This document shows, one piece after another, positions 1 through 10,712 of a stretch of 54,128 nt of DNA. Below the pieces are notes generated by a model. That model ran no database searches. It saw nothing but the letters and a program-made list of their open reading frames with translations, and was not told the DNA's origin. Location of the stretch: the NCBI GenBank assembly GCA_944390515.1, contig CALXQG010000001.1, positions 1 through 54,128 on the forward strand, given 5' to 3'. The DNA is from an uncultured Clostridia bacterium (GTDB lineage: Bacteria; Bacillota; Clostridia; TANB77; CAG-508). Positions within the stretch are counted from its first letter, which is position 1, and each line of letters starts with the position of its first letter. Made by a program: the position numbers and the translations under genes.

Positions 1-62
1 GGACTCGAACCGCGGACAACTTGATTAAAAGTCAAGTGCTCTACCACCTGAGCTAATGACCC
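1..62 (-). tRNA. tRNA-Lys (anticodon UUU), 3' end cut by the window edge
   Basis: The reverse complement reads GGGTCATTAGCTCAGGTGGTAGAGCACTTGACTTTTAATCAAGTTGTCCGCGGTTCGAGTCC. It has a D-arm, an anticodon stem CTTGA/TCAAG with loop CTTTTAA, and the start of a T-arm. Confidence 0.85.
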
Positions 63-228
63 AGATTTCGACTTGCGCTTATTTTGTAAACGCAAGTATT
101 ATTTTAAACTATTTTTTTGTTTTTGTCAATACAATTTGTGAATTTTCTGTGAAAATTTACGATTTTTTTCAAAAAGTCATAATTTTTACAGTTTCTTTCA
201 CGATTATACTTTTCTCTAATGCATTTTA

Positions 229-423
229 TTAGTTCTCATTGATTTTATTTAAAAGCTCCTCTACATCTATTCCATGTACTTCGCAAGCTTCTTCTAAAGT
301 TTCTGCTTGAGAAGCTGGACATCCAAGGCAATGCATTCCTGCTTCCATTAAAATTTCTGCTTTCTCTGGAGCCTTTTCTAGTAATTCTCCAATTCTTGTA
401 TTTTTATCAAATTTCATTATCAA
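229..423 (-). CDS. DUF1858-type small redox-disulfide protein (the hybrid-cluster-protein-associated family)
   Basis: 64 aa. The motif GMHCLGCPASQAETLEEACEVHGID is typical of this family. Confidence 0.7.
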   Translation of the reverse strand: MIMKFDKNTRIGELLEKAPEKAEILMEAGMHCLGCPASQAETLEEACEVHGIDVEELLNKINEN

Positions 424-600
424 AACCTCCTATTGTTTTTAATTAACTTTTAATTCAAGATGTATAATATATAATTTATATCTAGTTATTCACCTTTTTA
501 TTATTGATTCTTAATAATTTTAAATATTTTATCATATTTTTTTTAAAAAGTATAGACAAATTGAAAAATTTGTAGTATATTGGTAGAAATTGGAAAGGTG

Positions 601-756
601 GTGTTGGTTTTCAATTTAGTTGATTTATTCTTTATATTTTTTATAATTCATTTATTTATTACTCTTTATTCAGTTTATTTGTTTTTTAGTAACAAAGTTT
701 TTCATAATCTACAAGGTTCCAAGTTAAATCTTAAATCAAATTTTCATGGCAAATGA
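601..756 (+). CDS. candidate small single-TM protein, translationally coupled to the downstream coupling ATPase
   Basis: The frame is open from 601 to the TGA at 754-756, about 51 codons, which is below the ORF-track cutoff. An SD-like GGAAAGGTGGTG sits at 592-603. Possible starts are GTG 598/601 or TTG 604. The stop overlaps the ATG at 753 as ATGA. The product has a hydrophobic core LVDLFFIFFIIHLFITLYSVYLFF. Confidence 0.35.
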   Translation: MLVFNLVDLFFIFFIIHLFITLYSVYLFFSNKVFHNLQGSKLNLKSNFHGK

Positions 757-2546
757 TTATATTCTGTGGAGGTGTTTTTATTAAACGATTTTTCCTTATT
801 GTTATTTTTTCTTTTATTTATTGTTATCTTGGTTATACTTTATTTTTTGAAATTTATAATTCAAATTCAATAATTATCACATATGGCATTAATCCTTTTG
901 ATATATGTGTAAAAAATGCTGATTTGTGGAATTATATAAAAATAACTTTTATTATTACTTATATTTTTTCTTCATTTATTATATCCAATTTTTTATATTT
1001 TATTTGTTCTTTCATTTTCAAAAATCTAAAAAAAATATTTCTCATTTTTAAAAAAATTATTATTAATTTATCTTTTAAAATATTTAAATATTCTAAAAAT
1101 AAATACTCTATTTTTAATGAAAATCAAAATAACTCAAAAAGAGGACTTAATATTTTTGTTGGAAATTATCTTGAAGATAAAAAGAATGTTTTTTTGAATG
1201 AGAAGAGTTTGTTTCAAAATATTTTAATAACTGGAACTATCGGTACTGGAAAAACTAGTAGTGCAATGTATCCATTTACTAAACAATTAATAGAATATTC
1301 TTGCAGTGATAATAAAAATAAAATGGGAATTTTAGTTTTAGATGTTAAAGGAAATTATTATAAAAAAGTAGTAGAATTTGCTAATGATTGTGATAGAAAT
1401 GAGGATTTAGTTGTTATAAGTCTTGATGGGAAATATAAATATAATCCGTTACACAAACCTAATTTAAAGCCTTCTATATTAGCTAGTAGATTAAAAACTA
1501 TTTTGTTACTTTTCTCGCCTAACAATTCTGAATCATACTGGCTGGATAAAGTAGAACAAATATTAACTGAATGTATTAAGTTATGCAGATTATATAATAA
1601 TAATTACGTTACTTTTGAAGAAATACATAAATTAATTTCTTTAGATAATTATTATTTAGAAAAAATTGAAATTCTAAGGAATAAATTTATCAATAATCTT
1701 TTATCAAATGAAGATATCTATAATTTGCTTACCTCACTAAATTTTTTTCAAAAAGAATTTTTCTCTTTAGATTTGCGTACATTGTCTATTTTAAAATCAG
1801 AAATAACAAGAATAACAAATATATTTGTGTCTGATTATCAAGTATATAAGACATTTAATCCACCTCAGGAAGAATTAAATTTTCTTGGGTTTGAGGATTT
1901 AGTAAACAATGGAAAAATCGTTGTACTTAATATGAATATTTCTGAATACAAAAATTTATCCAAAATAATAGCTACTTATTTAAAGTTAGATTTTCAAACA
2001 GAAGTAATGTCTAGATTAGCAAATAATTTTAAATATTCTAATAGAAATGTTGCTTTTATATCAGATGAATACCATGAATACTGTACCTCTACAGATAGTG
2101 AATTTTATGCACAGAGTAGAGAAGCAAAATGTATTAATATTGTCGCAACTCAAAGCTATACTTCAATTTTAAATACACTTAACAACAAATATGCTGTTGA
2201 TGTAATTATACAGAATTTAGTTAATAAATTCTGGTTTAGAACTGACGATATTTTTACAATTGAAAGCGCTCAAAAGCAAATTGGAAAAGAAGATAAAGAA
2301 AAAACCTTTAAAAGTATTTCTGAAAATGCTAGAGAAACTAATTATAGTTATATTACAAATACTCTCAATTCTTCTGGCTCTAGTATCTCTGAAAGTATTA
2401 GTACACAATTAAGTTATGACTTTGTGTATGACACAAAATTTTTTACTCAAGACTTAGAAAATTTTTGTTCACTTTGTTTTCTTTCTGATGGTAATAAAAT
2501 TTTAACACCACAGATAGTTAAATTAAAACCATATTTTAAAAATTAA
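753..2546 (+). CDS. VirD4/TraG/TraD-type type IV coupling protein (T4CP)-like ATPase
   Basis: The N-terminus has TM helices. Walker A is ITGTIGTGKTSS, Walker B is AFISDEYHEY, and the downstream INIVATQSYTSIL resembles the T4CP Q-motif. Confidence 0.75.
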   Translation: MIIFCGGVFIKRFFLIVIFSFIYCYLGYTLFFEIYNSNSIIITYGINPFDICVKNADLWNYIKITFIITYIFSSFIISNFLYFICSFIFKNLKKIFLIFKKIIINLSFKIFKYSKNKYSIFNENQNNSKRGLNIFVGNYLEDKKNVFLNEKSLFQNILITGTIGTGKTSSAMYPFTKQLIEYSCSDNKNKMGILVLDVKGNYYKKVVEFANDCDRNEDLVVISLDGKYKYNPLHKPNLKPSILASRLKTILLLFSPNNSESYWLDKVEQILTECIKLCRLYNNNYVTFEEIHKLISLDNYYLEKIEILRNKFINNLLSNEDIYNLLTSLNFFQKEFFSLDLRTLSILKSEITRITNIFVSDYQVYKTFNPPQEELNFLGFEDLVNNGKIVVLNMNISEYKNLSKIIATYLKLDFQTEVMSRLANNFKYSNRNVAFISDEYHEYCTSTDSEFYAQSREAKCINIVATQSYTSILNTLNNKYAVDVIIQNLVNKFWFRTDDIFTIESAQKQIGKEDKEKTFKSISENARETNYSYITNTLNSSGSSISESISTQLSYDFVYDTKFFTQDLENFCSLCFLSDGNKILTPQIVKLKPYFKN

Positions 2547-2567
2547 TATTTATTAGGAGGATTTATT

Positions 2568-2918
2568 ATGAATAGAACAAAAAATAAATTTATTATTTTA
2601 TATACTTTTTTCTTATTTATTATTATATTTTTTACTTTTTTTATAACTAAAAGTTCAGCAGCTTTGTTTGATAACACTCCTGAATTAGTAAAAACTTTAA
2701 ATACAGCTTTTGAGGATATTGAAGGTTGGTTGTTAACACTTGCCACACCTGCTGCTGCAGTTGCTGTTGGTGTTGGTGTTTTTATGAAAAAATTTAGTTT
2801 TGGTGATGAAGAAAGAATTAGAATATCAAAGAAATTAATTAGAGGATCTCTTTTTTCCTATGGTTTTATTTTAGCAATTAATTTGATATTATCTGCTATT
2901 CGTTCTTTAATTGAATAG
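2568..2918 (+). CDS. VirB2/TrbC-like T4SS pilin candidate
   Basis: 116 aa. It has a signal/TM segment, then TPAAAVAVGVGVFMKKFSFGDEERIRISKKLIRGSLFSYGFILAINLIL, which is two hydrophobic helices joined by a short charged loop. SD GGAGG lies 7 nt upstream. Confidence 0.55.
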   Translation: MNRTKNKFIILYTFFLFIIIFFTFFITKSSAALFDNTPELVKTLNTAFEDIEGWLLTLATPAAAVAVGVGVFMKKFSFGDEERIRISKKLIRGSLFSYGFILAINLILSAIRSLIE

Positions 2919-2940
2919 TATTTATTATAGGAGGTATATT

Positions 2941-3831
2941 TTGGAAGAAAGTGCAACAAATATTTCTAATGTTTCTCAAGTAATTATTGATACAATTAAT
3001 AATTTATTAAATACTTTGTTTTCATCTATTGATAATAGTGTTTATGATACTCTTGATAATCTTGCATTTATTAATGTTCATTCATTTAATAATAGTTTTA
3101 TAAATGATATTTTTAATCATAATTCTGGAAATGGATTAATTATAATTGCTAATTCTTTACTTTTGGCTGTTTGTTTATATTATTGTTTTAAATTATTATA
3201 TTCATATTTTACAGGAATTCAAATAGAAAGGCCTTATCAATTTGTTTTTAAATTACTTATATTTGGTATTTTTATTAATTGTTCACATTTTATATGTGAA
3301 ACTCTTATATATTTTCCGTCTGTAATTGCTGCTGCAATAAGAGATGTTGGTCAATCAGTCCTTGGAGAGGAAATATCTTTTTCTAACTTAATTTCTAGCC
3401 TAAATTCAGTAGTCTCAGTAGACACAACTTCATTTAATGTTTTCTCTTTTGATGGTTTAATAAAAAGTCTGACGTCAATTAGTTTTATTAATTTACTATT
3501 ATCTTACTCTTTGAGGTATATCATGATTCAAGTTCTAATCTTTTTAACTCCATTCGCTTTTCTTACATTAATAAATAATTCTACTTCTTACTTTTTTAAG
3601 GCATGGCTAAAAATATTTATATCATTATTATTTTTAGAAATATATATTTCTCTTGTTTTATTAATAGCTTTTGCACTTAATCTTGATAACGGAGAAATTG
3701 TATCCAAATTATTATGCATTGGATCTATTTACGCTTTAATAAAAGGAAATATTTATGTCCAACATTTTGTAGGAGGAATTTCCACAGATATTTCTGCTAA
3801 TATTAATTTATTAAAATTTAAGAGTAATTAG
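2941..3831 (+). CDS. polytopic membrane protein, VirB6/TrbL-like
   Basis: At least 5 predicted TM helices. It sits between the pilin-like and VirB3-like genes. The likely start is TTG 2941, 6 nt after AGGAGG at 2929-2934. The tracked ORF start at 2911 lies upstream of that SD. Confidence 0.55.
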   Translation: MEESATNISNVSQVIIDTINNLLNTLFSSIDNSVYDTLDNLAFINVHSFNNSFINDIFNHNSGNGLIIIANSLLLAVCLYYCFKLLYSYFTGIQIERPYQFVFKLLIFGIFINCSHFICETLIYFPSVIAAAIRDVGQSVLGEEISFSNLISSLNSVVSVDTTSFNVFSFDGLIKSLTSISFINLLLSYSLRYIMIQVLIFLTPFAFLTLINNSTSYFFKAWLKIFISLLFLEIYISLVLLIAFALNLDNGEIVSKLLCIGSIYALIKGNIYVQHFVGGISTDISANINLLKFKSN

Positions 3832-3858
3832 ATTTTATGAGAAAGGAATAAGATTTAT

Positions 3859-4155
3859 ATGAAATTTATATTTCCACAAAATTATAATTTTAAAAGCAAA
3901 CTTTTGGGTTTTATTGATTATACAACAATAATTTTAAATATCATTTGGGGATTTATTATTTTTTCAATAACATATTTTTTAATTCCAAATCTTACTATTA
4001 GAATTGGCGTTTTTATAGTTTTCTTTTTGCCTTTTTCTCTTATTAGCATCATCGGCTTTAATCATGAAAGATTTATTTATATTATTATTTATTTATACTC
4101 TTATTTACATTCTCCTAAAGTTTATTTGTATAAAAAAGATAATAATAAAAATTAG
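3859..4155 (+). CDS. small 2-TM protein, VirB3/PrgI/TcpE-like
   Basis: 98 aa. A short polar N-terminus (FKSKLLGFIDYTT) is followed by two TM helices. The call rests on its position in the T4SS-like operon. Confidence 0.45.
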   Translation: MKFIFPQNYNFKSKLLGFIDYTTIILNIIWGFIIFSITYFLIPNLTIRIGVFIVFFLPFSLISIIGFNHERFIYIIIYLYSYLHSPKVYLYKKDNNKN

Positions 4156-4252
4156 ATTTAAAAGTATTTTTTAAATTTTCTGTTTTTAGATATATTTCCT
4201 CATTTATCTTTCTTTTTCTACAATTTTCTATTGTTTTTTTGTTATTTTTAGA

Positions 4253-4281
4253 TTGTAAATTTAATTATAAAATGATATAAT
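4253..4281 (+). promoter_or_regulatory. sigma-A-type promoter for dnaB-like/dnaI
   Basis: TTGTAA (4253-4258), a 17-nt spacer, then TATAAT (4276-4281). Confidence 0.5.
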
Positions 4282-4314
4282 CCTATTTATACTTTTATGG
4301 AGGGAGATTTTATA

Positions 4315-5283
4315 ATGAGACTAGAATGTGCAGATTTATCATCACTTTTTTCAAATACTATATTACCAGATATTTTTTTCTCGGAATATTTATCAGAGGC
4401 AAGTGGAGACTTTATAAAAGTATATTTATACATGGTTTTTTTGTCAAAATATGATAAAGAAATTAAAGTAAATGATTTATCTAAAAAACTAGTTCTACCT
4501 TTAAAAACAATACAAGATGCCGTAAAGTACTGGGAAGAACAGGGGCTAATAACTAAGAAAAATACTGGCTTTATTATAAATAGTATCCAAGAAATAGAAT
4601 TGCATAAATTATATAAGCCAAAAACAGCCTTATCTGCAGAGCAAATACAAAAATCTGCTGCTAATCAAAAACGTGCTGAAGCTATTGAACATATTAATAA
4701 TAAATATTTTTCTGGACTTATGCCTACTACTTGGTATCCAGAAATTGAACTATGGTTTAAAAAGTATAATTTTGATGAAGAAGTTATGATTGCATTGTTT
4801 GGATATTGCTTTGATAAATCAGCATTACATAAAAATTATGTTCAAACTGTTGCAGAAGCTTGGAATAAAAATAACATAAAGACATTTAATGATTTAGATA
4901 TATATTATGAAAAACAAGAAAAATTAAAAATAATAGCAAAGACAATTACTAAAAAGCTAGGTTTAGCTCGTGCCTTAACTCAATATGAATATGGTTATAT
5001 AGAAAAATGGCATATTGATTATGGATATGGTATGGATATTATTGAAATAGCTTTAAAGAAAACAGCTGCAAAATCAAATCCAAATTTTGTTTATATAGAT
5101 ACTCTTTTAACAGATTGGCATACAAGAGGATTTAAAACTGCTGAAGCTATTCAAAATTTCTTAAATCAAGTAAAAGAAAAAAAGAAAAACATAAAGAAAT
5201 TAGAAAAAGATACAGGATATGATAAATATGACCAAAGAACGTATGATAATCTAGATAATTTATATGCAAATATGAAAATATAA
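4315..5283 (+). CDS. DnaD-domain replication initiation protein (DnaB/DnaD-like helicase co-loader)
   Basis: The product has winged-helix and DnaD-like repeat regions (YVQTVAEAWNKNNIKT, YIDTLLTDWHTRGFKT). The start is ATG 4315, preceded by GGAGGGAG. It lies directly upstream of dnaI, as in the B. subtilis dnaB-dnaI operon. Confidence 0.75.
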   Translation: MRLECADLSSLFSNTILPDIFFSEYLSEASGDFIKVYLYMVFLSKYDKEIKVNDLSKKLVLPLKTIQDAVKYWEEQGLITKKNTGFIINSIQEIELHKLYKPKTALSAEQIQKSAANQKRAEAIEHINNKYFSGLMPTTWYPEIELWFKKYNFDEEVMIALFGYCFDKSALHKNYVQTVAEAWNKNNIKTFNDLDIYYEKQEKLKIIAKTITKKLGLARALTQYEYGYIEKWHIDYGYGMDIIEIALKKTAAKSNPNFVYIDTLLTDWHTRGFKTAEAIQNFLNQVKEKKKNIKKLEKDTGYDKYDQRTYDNLDNLYANMKI

Positions 5284-5313
5284 TAATTTTGATGATACAA
5301 GGAGAAATGATTA

Positions 5314-6315
5314 ATGTCAGATATCATTTTAAAAGATATTTTAGCAGAATATAATAAAAAGAAAATTAATGCTGAATATGAAGCCACAAAAAGGAAACAA
5401 GATTTATACAGTAAATATCCTAAACTACAAGAATTTGATGACAAATTAACTAGTCTTGCAATTTCTACAACAAAATCTTTAATAGATAATAATGATAAAA
5501 AATTATTGGATAAATTAAATGAAGATATTAAAAATTTAAAGAAGGAAAAAGAAAAATTACTAACTTCTCTTAATATACCAAAGGATTATTTCAGACCAAA
5601 ATATGAGTGTGAGTTATGTAAAGATACAGGTTATATTACAAATAATGATTATTCATCTTCTATGTGTACTTGCTTAAGACAAAAGATGTATGATGAATTA
5701 TACAATAAAGCTAATATATCAAATCTAAACACACAAAATTTTGATAATTTTACAGATTTGTTTTATTCTGACGAGAAGGATGAAGAAAAATACCATAGTA
5801 AACTTTCGCCCCGCGAAAATATAAATATAATAAAAAAAATATGTTTAAAATTTATTGATAATTTTGATAATAAAGACCAAAATAATTTATTATTTACTGG
5901 AAATACTGGTCTTGGAAAAACTTTTTTATCTAGTTGTATTGCAAATGAAATCCTAAAAAAAGGTAAAAATGTATTATATCAAACTGCTCCTGTAATGTTA
6001 GACACTATAATAGATTATAGATTTGGCAAAATTAAATCTTCTAATATTATAGATAGTATTTTAAATGTTGATTTATTAATTATTGATGATTTAGGAACAG
6101 AATGTATTAATAATTTGAAGTTTACCGAACTTTTTAATATTATAAATACTCGACTTTTAAATCAAAATAAAATAACTAAAACAATTATTTCTACTAATTT
6201 AAGTTTAAAAAATTTATATTCAAATTATGATGAAAGAATTGTTTCTCGTTTAGTTGGAAATTATGATATTTGTTACTTTTTTGGTGATGACATTCGTTTT
6301 AAAAAAAATAGATGA
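5314..6315 (+). CDS. dnaI: helicase loader DnaI/DnaC-type AAA+ ATPase
   Basis: It has an N-terminal Cys cluster CELCKDTGY...CTC, Walker A GNTGLGKTFL and Walker B LLIIDDLG. Confidence 0.8.
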   Translation: MSDIILKDILAEYNKKKINAEYEATKRKQDLYSKYPKLQEFDDKLTSLAISTTKSLIDNNDKKLLDKLNEDIKNLKKEKEKLLTSLNIPKDYFRPKYECELCKDTGYITNNDYSSSMCTCLRQKMYDELYNKANISNLNTQNFDNFTDLFYSDEKDEEKYHSKLSPRENINIIKKICLKFIDNFDNKDQNNLLFTGNTGLGKTFLSSCIANEILKKGKNVLYQTAPVMLDTIIDYRFGKIKSSNIIDSILNVDLLIIDDLGTECINNLKFTELFNIINTRLLNQNKITKTIISTNLSLKNLYSNYDERIVSRLVGNYDICYFFGDDIRFKKNR

Positions 6316-6347
6316 AGTACATTTTATTTGTACTTCATTTATTTTTC
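6312..6347. terminator. bidirectional intrinsic terminator between dnaI and gyrA
   Basis: A 9-bp stem ATGAAGTAC/GTACTTCAT with a 9-nt loop, followed by a T-rich tail. Confidence 0.6.
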
Positions 6348-6362
6348 ATTCTTTCTTTTTTA

Positions 6363-8801
6363 TTACTCTTGTTCTTTTTCTTCCATTGGTATTGTTTCTA
6401 TGCTAACAACTTTTCCTTCGTTTGTTCTCATAAGGGTAACTCCTTGAGTTGAACGTCCAAGAACACTAATATCTGCAACTTTTAGTCTAATAATTGTTCC
6501 TGTATCTGTTATAAGCATAACATCTTCATCGTCTGTAGCAATTCTTATTCCTACTAGATTTCCCGTTTTAGGTGTAACTTTATATGTTGTTACTCCTTTT
6601 CCTCCTCTAGTTTGTACTCTATATTCATCCAATTCTGTTCTTTTACCAAATCCATTCTCTGTTATCGCTAAAAGAGTTGCTTTGCTTCCTTGAATTATAG
6701 ATTCCATTCCTATTACAGAATCTCCACTATCTAATCTAATACCTATAACTCCTTGAGACACTCTTCCCATAGGTCTTACATCTTTTTCGTCAAATGTAAT
6801 GCACATTCCTTTATGAGTAACTAATACTACATTGTCTTCTCCATCTGTAAGTCTAACATCTATTAATTCGTCATCTTCTTTTAAAGTAATTCCAATTAAT
6901 CCAGTCTTTCTTACAGACATATATTCATTAAGTGCTGTTTTCTTTATAATTCCATTTTTCGTAGCCATTAATAAATATTTTCCATCCGCGAAGTTAGAAA
7001 TAGGAATGACTGCAGATATTTTTTCTCCTCCATCTAGCATTAATAAGTTTACAATTGCTGTTCCTTTAGCTGTTCTACCTGCTTCTGGAATTTCATATCC
7101 TCTCAATCTATATACTTTTCCTTTATTACTAAAGAATAATATTGTGTCGTGTGTTGATGCGGTAAATATTTGTTTAACAAAATCTTCTTCTCTTGTAGCA
7201 ATTCCTGTTATTCCCTTTCCTCCTCTTTTTTGACTCTTATATGTATCTATTGGCATTCTTTTTATGTATCCAAAATGAGTTAGAGCAACAACACATTGTT
7301 CTTCTTTAATTAAATCTTCTACGTCAAATTCTCCTTCTGCTGCTACAATTTTTGTTTTTCTCTCATCACCATATTTATCTTTAATCTCTAATAATTCTTC
7401 TTTTATTATGTCATATACAAGTCTATCACTAGCCAAAATTGCTCTTAAATGTTCTATTAATTTCATTAATTCATTATATTCTTCTTCTATTTTTTCTCTT
7501 TGTAATCCTGATAGAGTTTTTAATCTCATATCAAGTATAGCTTGTGCTTGTATATCAGAAAGTCCAAATCTTTCCATTAATCTTTCTTTTGCATCATCAT
7601 AAGAATTTCTAATTATTTCAATTACTTCATCTATGTTATCTAAAGCAATTTTTAATCCCTCTAATATATGAGCTCTAGCAAGTGCTTTATCCAAATCAAA
7701 TTGAGTTCTACGAAGAATTATAGTCTTTCTATGATCTATATAATATTCCAAGCATTGTCTTAATGTAAGTATTTTTGGTTGTCCATCAACTAATGCTAGC
7801 ATTATTACTCCAAAAGTATCTTGCATTTGAGTATATTTGAATAATTGGTTTAAGATAACTTGAGCATTGGCATCTCTTTTTAATTCTATAACAACTCTTA
7901 CTTTTTCTTCTCTGTCAGATTCATCTCTTACTTCTGAAATTCCCTCTATTCTTTTTTCTTTTACTAAATTTGCTATATTTTCAATTAATTTAGCTTTATT
8001 TACTTGATATGGTAAAGATCTAACAATGATTCTTTGTTTATTTCCACTCATTTCTTCTATTTCTGCTTCTGCTCTCATTGTTATTTTGCCTCTACCTGTT
8101 GTATATGCTTGTCTTATTCCTTCTTTACCTAATATTAGTCCTTCAGTTGGAAAATCTGGTCCTTTTATTATTGCCATTAACTCTTCATCTGTAACATTGT
8201 CTGAATCAATTATCTTAATTATTCCATTTATAACTTCTGTTAAATTATGTGGTGGAATATTTGTTGCCATACCTACAGCAATTCCTGATGAACCATTTAT
8301 TAAAAGTGTAGGAATTTTTGCTGGTAATACGGTTGGTTCTTGCAGTCTATCATCATAGTTTGGCATAAAATCAACAGTGTTTTTTTCTATATCTGTTAAC
8401 ATTGTCTCGGCTATTTTTGACATTCTTGCCTCTGTATACCTCATTGCGGCAGGAGAATCACCATCAACTGAACCGAAATTACCATGTCCATCTATTAATG
8501 GATATCTTAATGAGAAATCTTGTGCCATTCTAACCATTGCATCATAAACTGATGCATCTCCGTGTGGGTGGTATCTTCCTAAAACAGAACCTACAGTATT
8601 AGCACTTTTTCTATAAGGTTTGTCAGAAGTTATTCCATCTTCATACATAGCATATAAAATTCTTCTATGTACTGGTTTTAAACCATCTCTTACATCTGGA
8701 AGAGCACGAGAAACTATAACGCTCATTGCATAATCAATATAAGATGTTTTCATCTCTGTTTCAATATTTCTTTCAATAATTTTTCCTTCATTTTCTTCCA
8801 T
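6363..8801 (-). CDS. gyrA: DNA gyrase subunit A
   Basis: 812 aa. [30 protein letters not shown] and AAMRYTE are present, with a C-terminal beta-pinwheel region. Confidence 0.98.
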   Translation of the reverse strand: MEENEGKIIERNIETEMKTSYIDYAMSVIVSRALPDVRDGLKPVHRRILYAMYEDGITSDKPYRKSANTVGSVLGRYHPHGDASVYDAMVRMAQDFSLRYPLIDGHGNFGSVDGDSPAAMRYTEARMSKIAETMLTDIEKNTVDFMPNYDDRLQEPTVLPAKIPTLLINGSSGIAVGMATNIPPHNLTEVINGIIKIIDSDNVTDEELMAIIKGPDFPTEGLILGKEGIRQAYTTGRGKITMRAEAEIEEMSGNKQRIIVRSLPYQVNKAKLIENIANLVKEKRIEGISEVRDESDREEKVRVVIELKRDANAQVILNQLFKYTQMQDTFGVIMLALVDGQPKILTLRQCLEYYIDHRKTIILRRTQFDLDKALARAHILEGLKIALDNIDEVIEIIRNSYDDAKERLMERFGLSDIQAQAILDMRLKTLSGLQREKIEEEYNELMKLIEHLRAILASDRLVYDIIKEELLEIKDKYGDERKTKIVAAEGEFDVEDLIKEEQCVVALTHFGYIKRMPIDTYKSQKRGGKGITGIATREEDFVKQIFTASTHDTILFFSNKGKVYRLRGYEIPEAGRTAKGTAIVNLLMLDGGEKISAVIPISNFADGKYLLMATKNGIIKKTALNEYMSVRKTGLIGITLKEDDELIDVRLTDGEDNVVLVTHKGMCITFDEKDVRPMGRVSQGVIGIRLDSGDSVIGMESIIQGSKATLLAITENGFGKRTELDEYRVQTRGGKGVTTYKVTPKTGNLVGIRIATDDEDVMLITDTGTIIRLKVADISVLGRSTQGVTLMRTNEGKVVSIETIPMEEKEQE

Positions 8802-8848
8802 TTTAATTTTTCCGTCCTTTCTAATTGCGTAATTTAATCTACCTCTGT

Positions 8849-8877
8849 ATTATATATAAAAATGTGAAAATTTGCAA
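8849..8877 (-). promoter_or_regulatory. sigma-A-type promoter dedicated to gyrA
   Basis: On the minus strand: TTGCAA (8877-8872), a 17-nt spacer, then TATAAT (8854-8849). Confidence 0.5.
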
Positions 8878-8902
8878 GCAAAAGGAGCTATTTTTTTCCG
8901 TT

Positions 8903-9619
8903 TTATGATAGCATTTTGGCTAATTCTAATTGTTCTTCTGTTAGATTAAAATTTTGTCCATTATTTTTTATTAAATTATGCAAGTTTTCTATAGTTCTGG
9001 CCTCTTTTATGGTGTTTTCTATAGGTAATAGTTCTTTTAGTTTTTCTTTTATCTTTTCATATTCTCTTTGCATCCCCTCAAAGTTCTTGTTATTGAAATA
9101 TTCTTTCCAATTATCCTCATATTTTGCTAATTTCTCACTGCTATTTATTTGTTTCATAAATTCATTTTCTATATTATTACTAACACTATCCATAATAGCA
9201 TCCTTTCCGTTACTTATTAAGTTTGCAATATTATTATCCAATATTCCAGAAGAAGTAGTTTTCTCTATTACTTTATCTAAAACTTCTGATACGCCATCTA
9301 TAATTCCTCCGCTCTTTATTGCATCTCTTGCTTGAGATATATCTTCAAATTTACCTGTAAAAATTCCCATAACACTTTTTCCTAAGTTTATTGCTCCCTC
9401 TATTGCTGTATTAATTCCTTCTTTAAGTCCTCCCTGCACTAAAGCATCTTTCACTTCAACAACACTGTCTTCAACAAAATCTGGAAGTATCATTCGCAAG
9501 CCCACATCTAAGACGGAATTTACTATTTTCCCCAATGTAGACTCTAAAAAGCTATTTTGTTCTTTTTCAGTAACTATTTCATTATTATTTTGTAAGTTAA
9601 TATTTTTTTCTAATTCCAT
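8903..9619 (-). CDS. hypothetical soluble acidic protein with no TM segment, last gene of the VirB4 module
   Basis: A 238-aa ORF co-oriented with the VirB4 block. I recognised no family. Confidence 0.6.
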   Translation of the reverse strand: MELEKNINLQNNNEIVTEKEQNSFLESTLGKIVNSVLDVGLRMILPDFVEDSVVEVKDALVQGGLKEGINTAIEGAINLGKSVMGIFTGKFEDISQARDAIKSGGIIDGVSEVLDKVIEKTTSSGILDNNIANLISNGKDAIMDSVSNNIENEFMKQINSSEKLAKYEDNWKEYFNNKNFEGMQREYEKIKEKLKELLPIENTIKEARTIENLHNLIKNNGQNFNLTEEQLELAKMLS

Positions 9620-9689
9620 AATTCTTCAATAAATAATAATTTATTATTTTTATATATTAAATTATTATCTTCTCCTTTCTTTTAATTTT

Positions 9690-10712
9690 TTATAATAATT
9701 TTAATTTATTATTTATAATTAAATATTCTTTTCTAATTTTTTTATTAATGAAATTACTTTTATTGTTTTTATTAATTAATTTATTATAACTATTTCTATA
9801 ATTTAATTCTCCCAAAATATTAAAATCATTAAAGATATTTTTTAATATTTTATATTCAATTGAATTAATATCTTTTTTATTAAAAACAATGCTAAATTTA
9901 TTTTTGTTTATATTATTTTCATTTATTAAAATATCTAGTAATTTTATTGATTTATTTATTTCCAACAAATTTGTCCCTGAAATAAATATTGTAATATTAC
10001 TAATATTTATTGAATTTTTAATTAACTCATAATTTTTTGAAGTATTATCAATAATTATAAAATCGTATTTATTTTTTAATTTATTAACTAATAAATTAAT
10101 TTGTTCTAACATTAAATTTGTTTTTAAATTATTATTACTTTCTAAAAACGAGTATATATTTAATAAATCTATTTTTTTGTTAATTTTAATAATATAATTA
10201 TTGAAGTTAATTTCTTCACTTATTATATTTAATATATTATTTTTCTTATTATTTTTATTTGGATAAATTGAGACACCAAAAATAGTATGAATAGAATTAT
10301 TTAATGAATCTAAATCAATGATTAAAATTTTGTTATTAAAGAGACTATTAATTTTTGATAAATTAACAGTTATAATACTTTTACCAGTTCCTCCAGGGCC
10401 AATTATAGAAATTATTTTGTTCTTATTAGGACTGCTATTTTTATTTTCTACTAAATTAATTAATTTGTATTTTTTTATTTTATTTATTATTCTATTTTTA
10501 TTAATAAATAATTTTTTATTTTTTATTTTGTTTATTAAATTATTTTTACTTTCTTTTTCTAATATTATCTTTTTCAAATTATTTATTTCTTCTTTTAAAT
10601 AATCTTCATTACATTTATTATTATAATTAATTAAATTTATTAAATCTTTAATTTCTATTTTATTATTATAAAATATTTTATAAGCACCTTTTTTCAATAA
10701 ACTTTCTTCCAT
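9690..10712 (-). CDS. ParA/MinD/CpaE(TadZ)-like P-loop ATPase, probably longer at the N-terminus
   Basis: The P-loop is IISIIGPGGTGKS. The frame stays open upstream of the tracked Met to about 11018. That extension reads like a receiver-type domain (DIDIIIISE...SEIKIIIFL). It contains no ATG, GTG or TTG. Confidence 0.7.
   Translation of the reverse strand: MEESLLKKGAYKIFYNNKIEIKDLINLINYNNKCNEDYLKEEINNLKKIILEKESKNNLINKIKNKKLFINKNRIINKIKKYKLINLVENKNSSPNKNKIISIIGPGGTGKSIITVNLSKINSLFNNKILIIDLDSLNNSIHTIFGVSIYPNKNNKKNNILNIISEEINFNNYIIKINKKIDLLNIYSFLESNNNLKTNLMLEQINLLVNKLKNKYDFIIIDNTSKNYELIKNSINISNITIFISGTNLLEINKSIKLLDILINENNINKNKFSIVFNKKDINSIEYKILKNIFNDFNILGELNYRNSYNKLINKNNKSNFINKKIRKEYLIINNKLKLL

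Noticed and set aside
780-782. Possible ATT start for the T4CP-like gene, 5 nt after GGAGGTG. An analogous ATA at 13506-13504 follows GGGAGGAG in the 12934 ORF.
   Set aside because: The ATG at 753 is explained by ATGA coupling to the upstream small ORF, and an in-frame ATG exists at 13524. Near-cognate initiation cannot be supported from sequence alone. Only the CpaE-like gene, which has no canonical start at all, is reported.
6832-8358. Plus-strand ORFs of 64-133 aa inside gyrA (6832-7233, 7408-7602, 8026-8358). Similar antisense ORFs lie inside gyrB (14058-14267, 14454-15008), dnaN (17872-18402), murA (43362-43874), VirB4 (11661-12059) and many other genes.
   Set aside because: They lie entirely opposite well-supported conserved genes, have Ser/Ile/Phe/Leu-rich low-complexity products and lack SD sequences. 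These are shadow ORFs typical of AT-rich genomes.
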